The position numbers were made by a program, and so were the translations under genes. The notes under the pieces were generated by a model. That model worked only from the letters and a program-made list of their open reading frames with translations. It was not told the DNA's origin and did no database searches. 64,000 bases of DNA from contig OZ252244.1 in NCBI GenBank assembly GCA_965249575.1, positions 1,408,001 to 1,472,000 of the forward strand, given 5' to 3'. Below, in pieces: positions 62,388 through 64,000 of the stretch (position 1 is its first letter; each line of letters starts with the position of its first letter). Source of the stretch: Gemmatimonadales bacterium. GTDB lineage: Bacteria; Gemmatimonadota; Gemmatimonadetes; Gemmatimonadales; GWC2-71-9.

Positions 62388-62401
62388 GGAACGAGGTGGC
62401 T

Positions 62402-63670
62402 TTGCCCGAACGGAGACAGTTGCGCTGCCGGCTCTGCGCCGAGGAGGTCCCCCTGGGACCATCCCACGTCTGCGAGTACTGCTTTGGGCCGCTCGAAGTG
62501 GTCTACGATACGGAGGCCATCAAGCAGAACGTCACTCGGGACGTAATCTCGTCGAGACCGCAGAACCTATGGCGGTACCGGGAGATGCTGCCGTTCGACG
62601 GCGATCCTCGAGTCGGGCGCGAGGTGGGCTTCACTCCGCTGGTGCCGGCGCCACGTCTCGGAGCTGCCTTGGGAATCGACGATCTTTGGATCAAGAACGA
62701 TGCAACCAACTACCCGACCTTGTCGTTCAAGGACCGGGTAGTGGCGGTGGCCATCAATCAGGCGCTGGCCTTTGGCATTTCTGTCGTTGGGTGCGCGTCC
62801 ACCGGCAACCTCGCCAACGCGGTCGCTGCACAGGCGGCGGCGGCCGGGCTCGAAGCATGGATCTTCATCCCCGACGCGCTGGAACGGGAAAAGATCGTGG
62901 CCACGGCAGCATACGGGCCTCGACTGGTCCGCGTGAAGGGCGTGTACGATGACGTAAACCGTTTGTGCGCCGAGGTGGCCGATCGATATGGGTGGGGCAT
63001 CGTCAACGTCAATTTGCGGCCGTTCTACAGCGAGGGCTCGAAGACCGTCGCGTTCGAGATCGCCGAACAGCTCGGTTGGCGACCGCCCGCCGGAGTCGTC
63101 GCGCCCATGGCCGGCGGGTCGCTCGTCACCAAGCTGCGGAAGGGATTTGTCGAGCTGGACCGATACGGCCTCGTCCCGGATGCTGCGGCGGTGAGCGTCT
63201 TTGGCGCGCAGGCCGCCGGGTGCGCCCCAATCGTGCAGGCGCTCCATGGGGGCGGAGCCGATGTTCGGCCAGTCCGGCCGGACACCATCGCCCTCTCTTT
63301 GGCGATCGGCAATCCGGCCGACGGGCCGTTCGCCATTCAGGCGATGCGCGAGAGTGGCGGCTGGGGGGAATCGGTGAGCGACACCGAAATCGTCGCGGGC
63401 ATCTGCTTGCTGGCCGAAACCGAGGGAATCTTCACCGAGACGGCGGGGGGCGTGACGGTATCGGCTGCTCGCAAGCTCGCGACACAGGGACGATTACCGA
63501 CGGAGGGTCCGATCGTTTTGTGCATTACGGGCAACGGATTGAAGACCATCGATGCAGTCGCCGACGAGCTCGATTTCGGAGCCGTGATCGAGCCGCGGCT
63601 GGCGTCCGTCGCCGACCTGGTCGGCAAGCGCGGCGCGTCACGCACATGCTCGCCGGCCGCCGTCACCTAG
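62402..63670 (+). CDS. Threonine-synthase-like fold-type II PLP enzyme (possibly a sulfur-incorporating paralog)
   Basis: N-terminal CxxC..CxxC, TPL, PTLSFKDR, CASTGN, EGSKT, AIGNP, TEGIF, TGNGLK; start TTG 62402 or GTG 62396. Confidence 0.9.
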   Translation: MPERRQLRCRLCAEEVPLGPSHVCEYCFGPLEVVYDTEAIKQNVTRDVISSRPQNLWRYREMLPFDGDPRVGREVGFTPLVPAPRLGAALGIDDLWIKNDATNYPTLSFKDRVVAVAINQALAFGISVVGCASTGNLANAVAAQAAAAGLEAWIFIPDALEREKIVATAAYGPRLVRVKGVYDDVNRLCAEVADRYGWGIVNVNLRPFYSEGSKTVAFEIAEQLGWRPPAGVVAPMAGGSLVTKLRKGFVELDRYGLVPDAAAVSVFGAQAAGCAPIVQALHGGGADVRPVRPDTIALSLAIGNPADGPFAIQAMRESGGWGESVSDTEIVAGICLLAETEGIFTETAGGVTVSAARKLATQGRLPTEGPIVLCITGNGLKTIDAVADELDFGAVIEPRLASVADLVGKRGASRTCSPAAVT

Positions 63671-63682
63671 GAGAGGAAGTCA

Positions 63683-63970
63683 ATGGGAGCAATCGTGCGC
63701 ATTCCAACCGTGCTCCGGCAAACCACCGCGGACCAAGACGAGATCGAGGTCGCGCCGGGCACCGTTGGCGAGGTTTTCGCGGAGCTCGGGAAACAATACC
63801 CCGATTTCTTGTCACGAATCACGGGAGATTCGGGGAAGCTCCGCACGTTTCTGAACGTATTCATCAACGGTGACGATATCCGCTTCGCCGAAGAGCTCGA
63901 TACTCCGGTACAGGACGGCGACGAGGTCTCGATTATTCCATCGATCGCGGGAGGGGCGGGAGAACCGTGA
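63683..63970 (+). CDS. MoaD/ThiS/CysO-family ubiquitin-like sulfur carrier with C-terminal extension
   Basis: VRIPTVLR, NVFINGDDIR, DGDEVSIIPSIAGG followed by AGEP. Confidence 0.92.
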   Translation: MGAIVRIPTVLRQTTADQDEIEVAPGTVGEVFAELGKQYPDFLSRITGDSGKLRTFLNVFINGDDIRFAEELDTPVQDGDEVSIIPSIAGGAGEP

Positions 63971-64000
63971 GTCGAATCGAGATTCCCGAGCCCATCGAAC
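63967..64000 (+). CDS. Start of the next operon gene (truncated by the window end)
   Basis: GTG overlaps the carrier stop (GTGA); open to the end (MSRIEIPEPIE). Confidence 0.5.
   Translation, partial: MSRIEIPEPIE

Overview
GC-rich bacterial chromosomal window, mostly housekeeping genes. The gene styles suggest Gemmatimonadota, but that is inference only. Contents in order: nadA; tig-clpP-clpX-engB; a Fur-boxed extracytosolic flavinylation operon (apbE, porin, FMN-binding protein, cytochrome b-like membrane protein); an internally deleted hybrid histidine kinase; a PilB/GspE ATPase-REC fusion; trpE; an FHA-GAF cyclase; maf-dtd-glmS-glmM; metB-like, M48 peptidase, purD, mutM; an ATP-grasp/zinc-ribbon-metallopeptidase pair; a Cho/UvrC-like nuclease; late menaquinone genes (UbiE/UbiD/UbiA/UbiX families); an ECF sigma/anti-sigma operon; apbC, nrnA, an AgcS symporter and guaB; a Mo/W uptake and Moco cluster; etfAB/ETF-QO; polX; and a ThrC-like plus MoaD/ThiS-like sulfur-carrier operon cut by the window end. 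No rRNA, tRNA, CRISPR array or mobile element was recognised. The most interesting signals are non-coding or sub-annotation: (1) an unannotated poly-cysteine leader peptide (ECMCCCC) with a complete 1:2/2:3/3:4 attenuator in front of the ThrC-like/sulfur-carrier operon; (2) a leaderless uORF containing a terminator, coupled to guaB; (3) two matching SigW-type promoters (TGAAAC-N16-CGTA) built on upstream stop codons; (4) a Fur-controlled flavinylation/porin module; (5) recurrent non-canonical CTG starts and leaderless genes. All product calls come from motif recognition by eye, with no database search.
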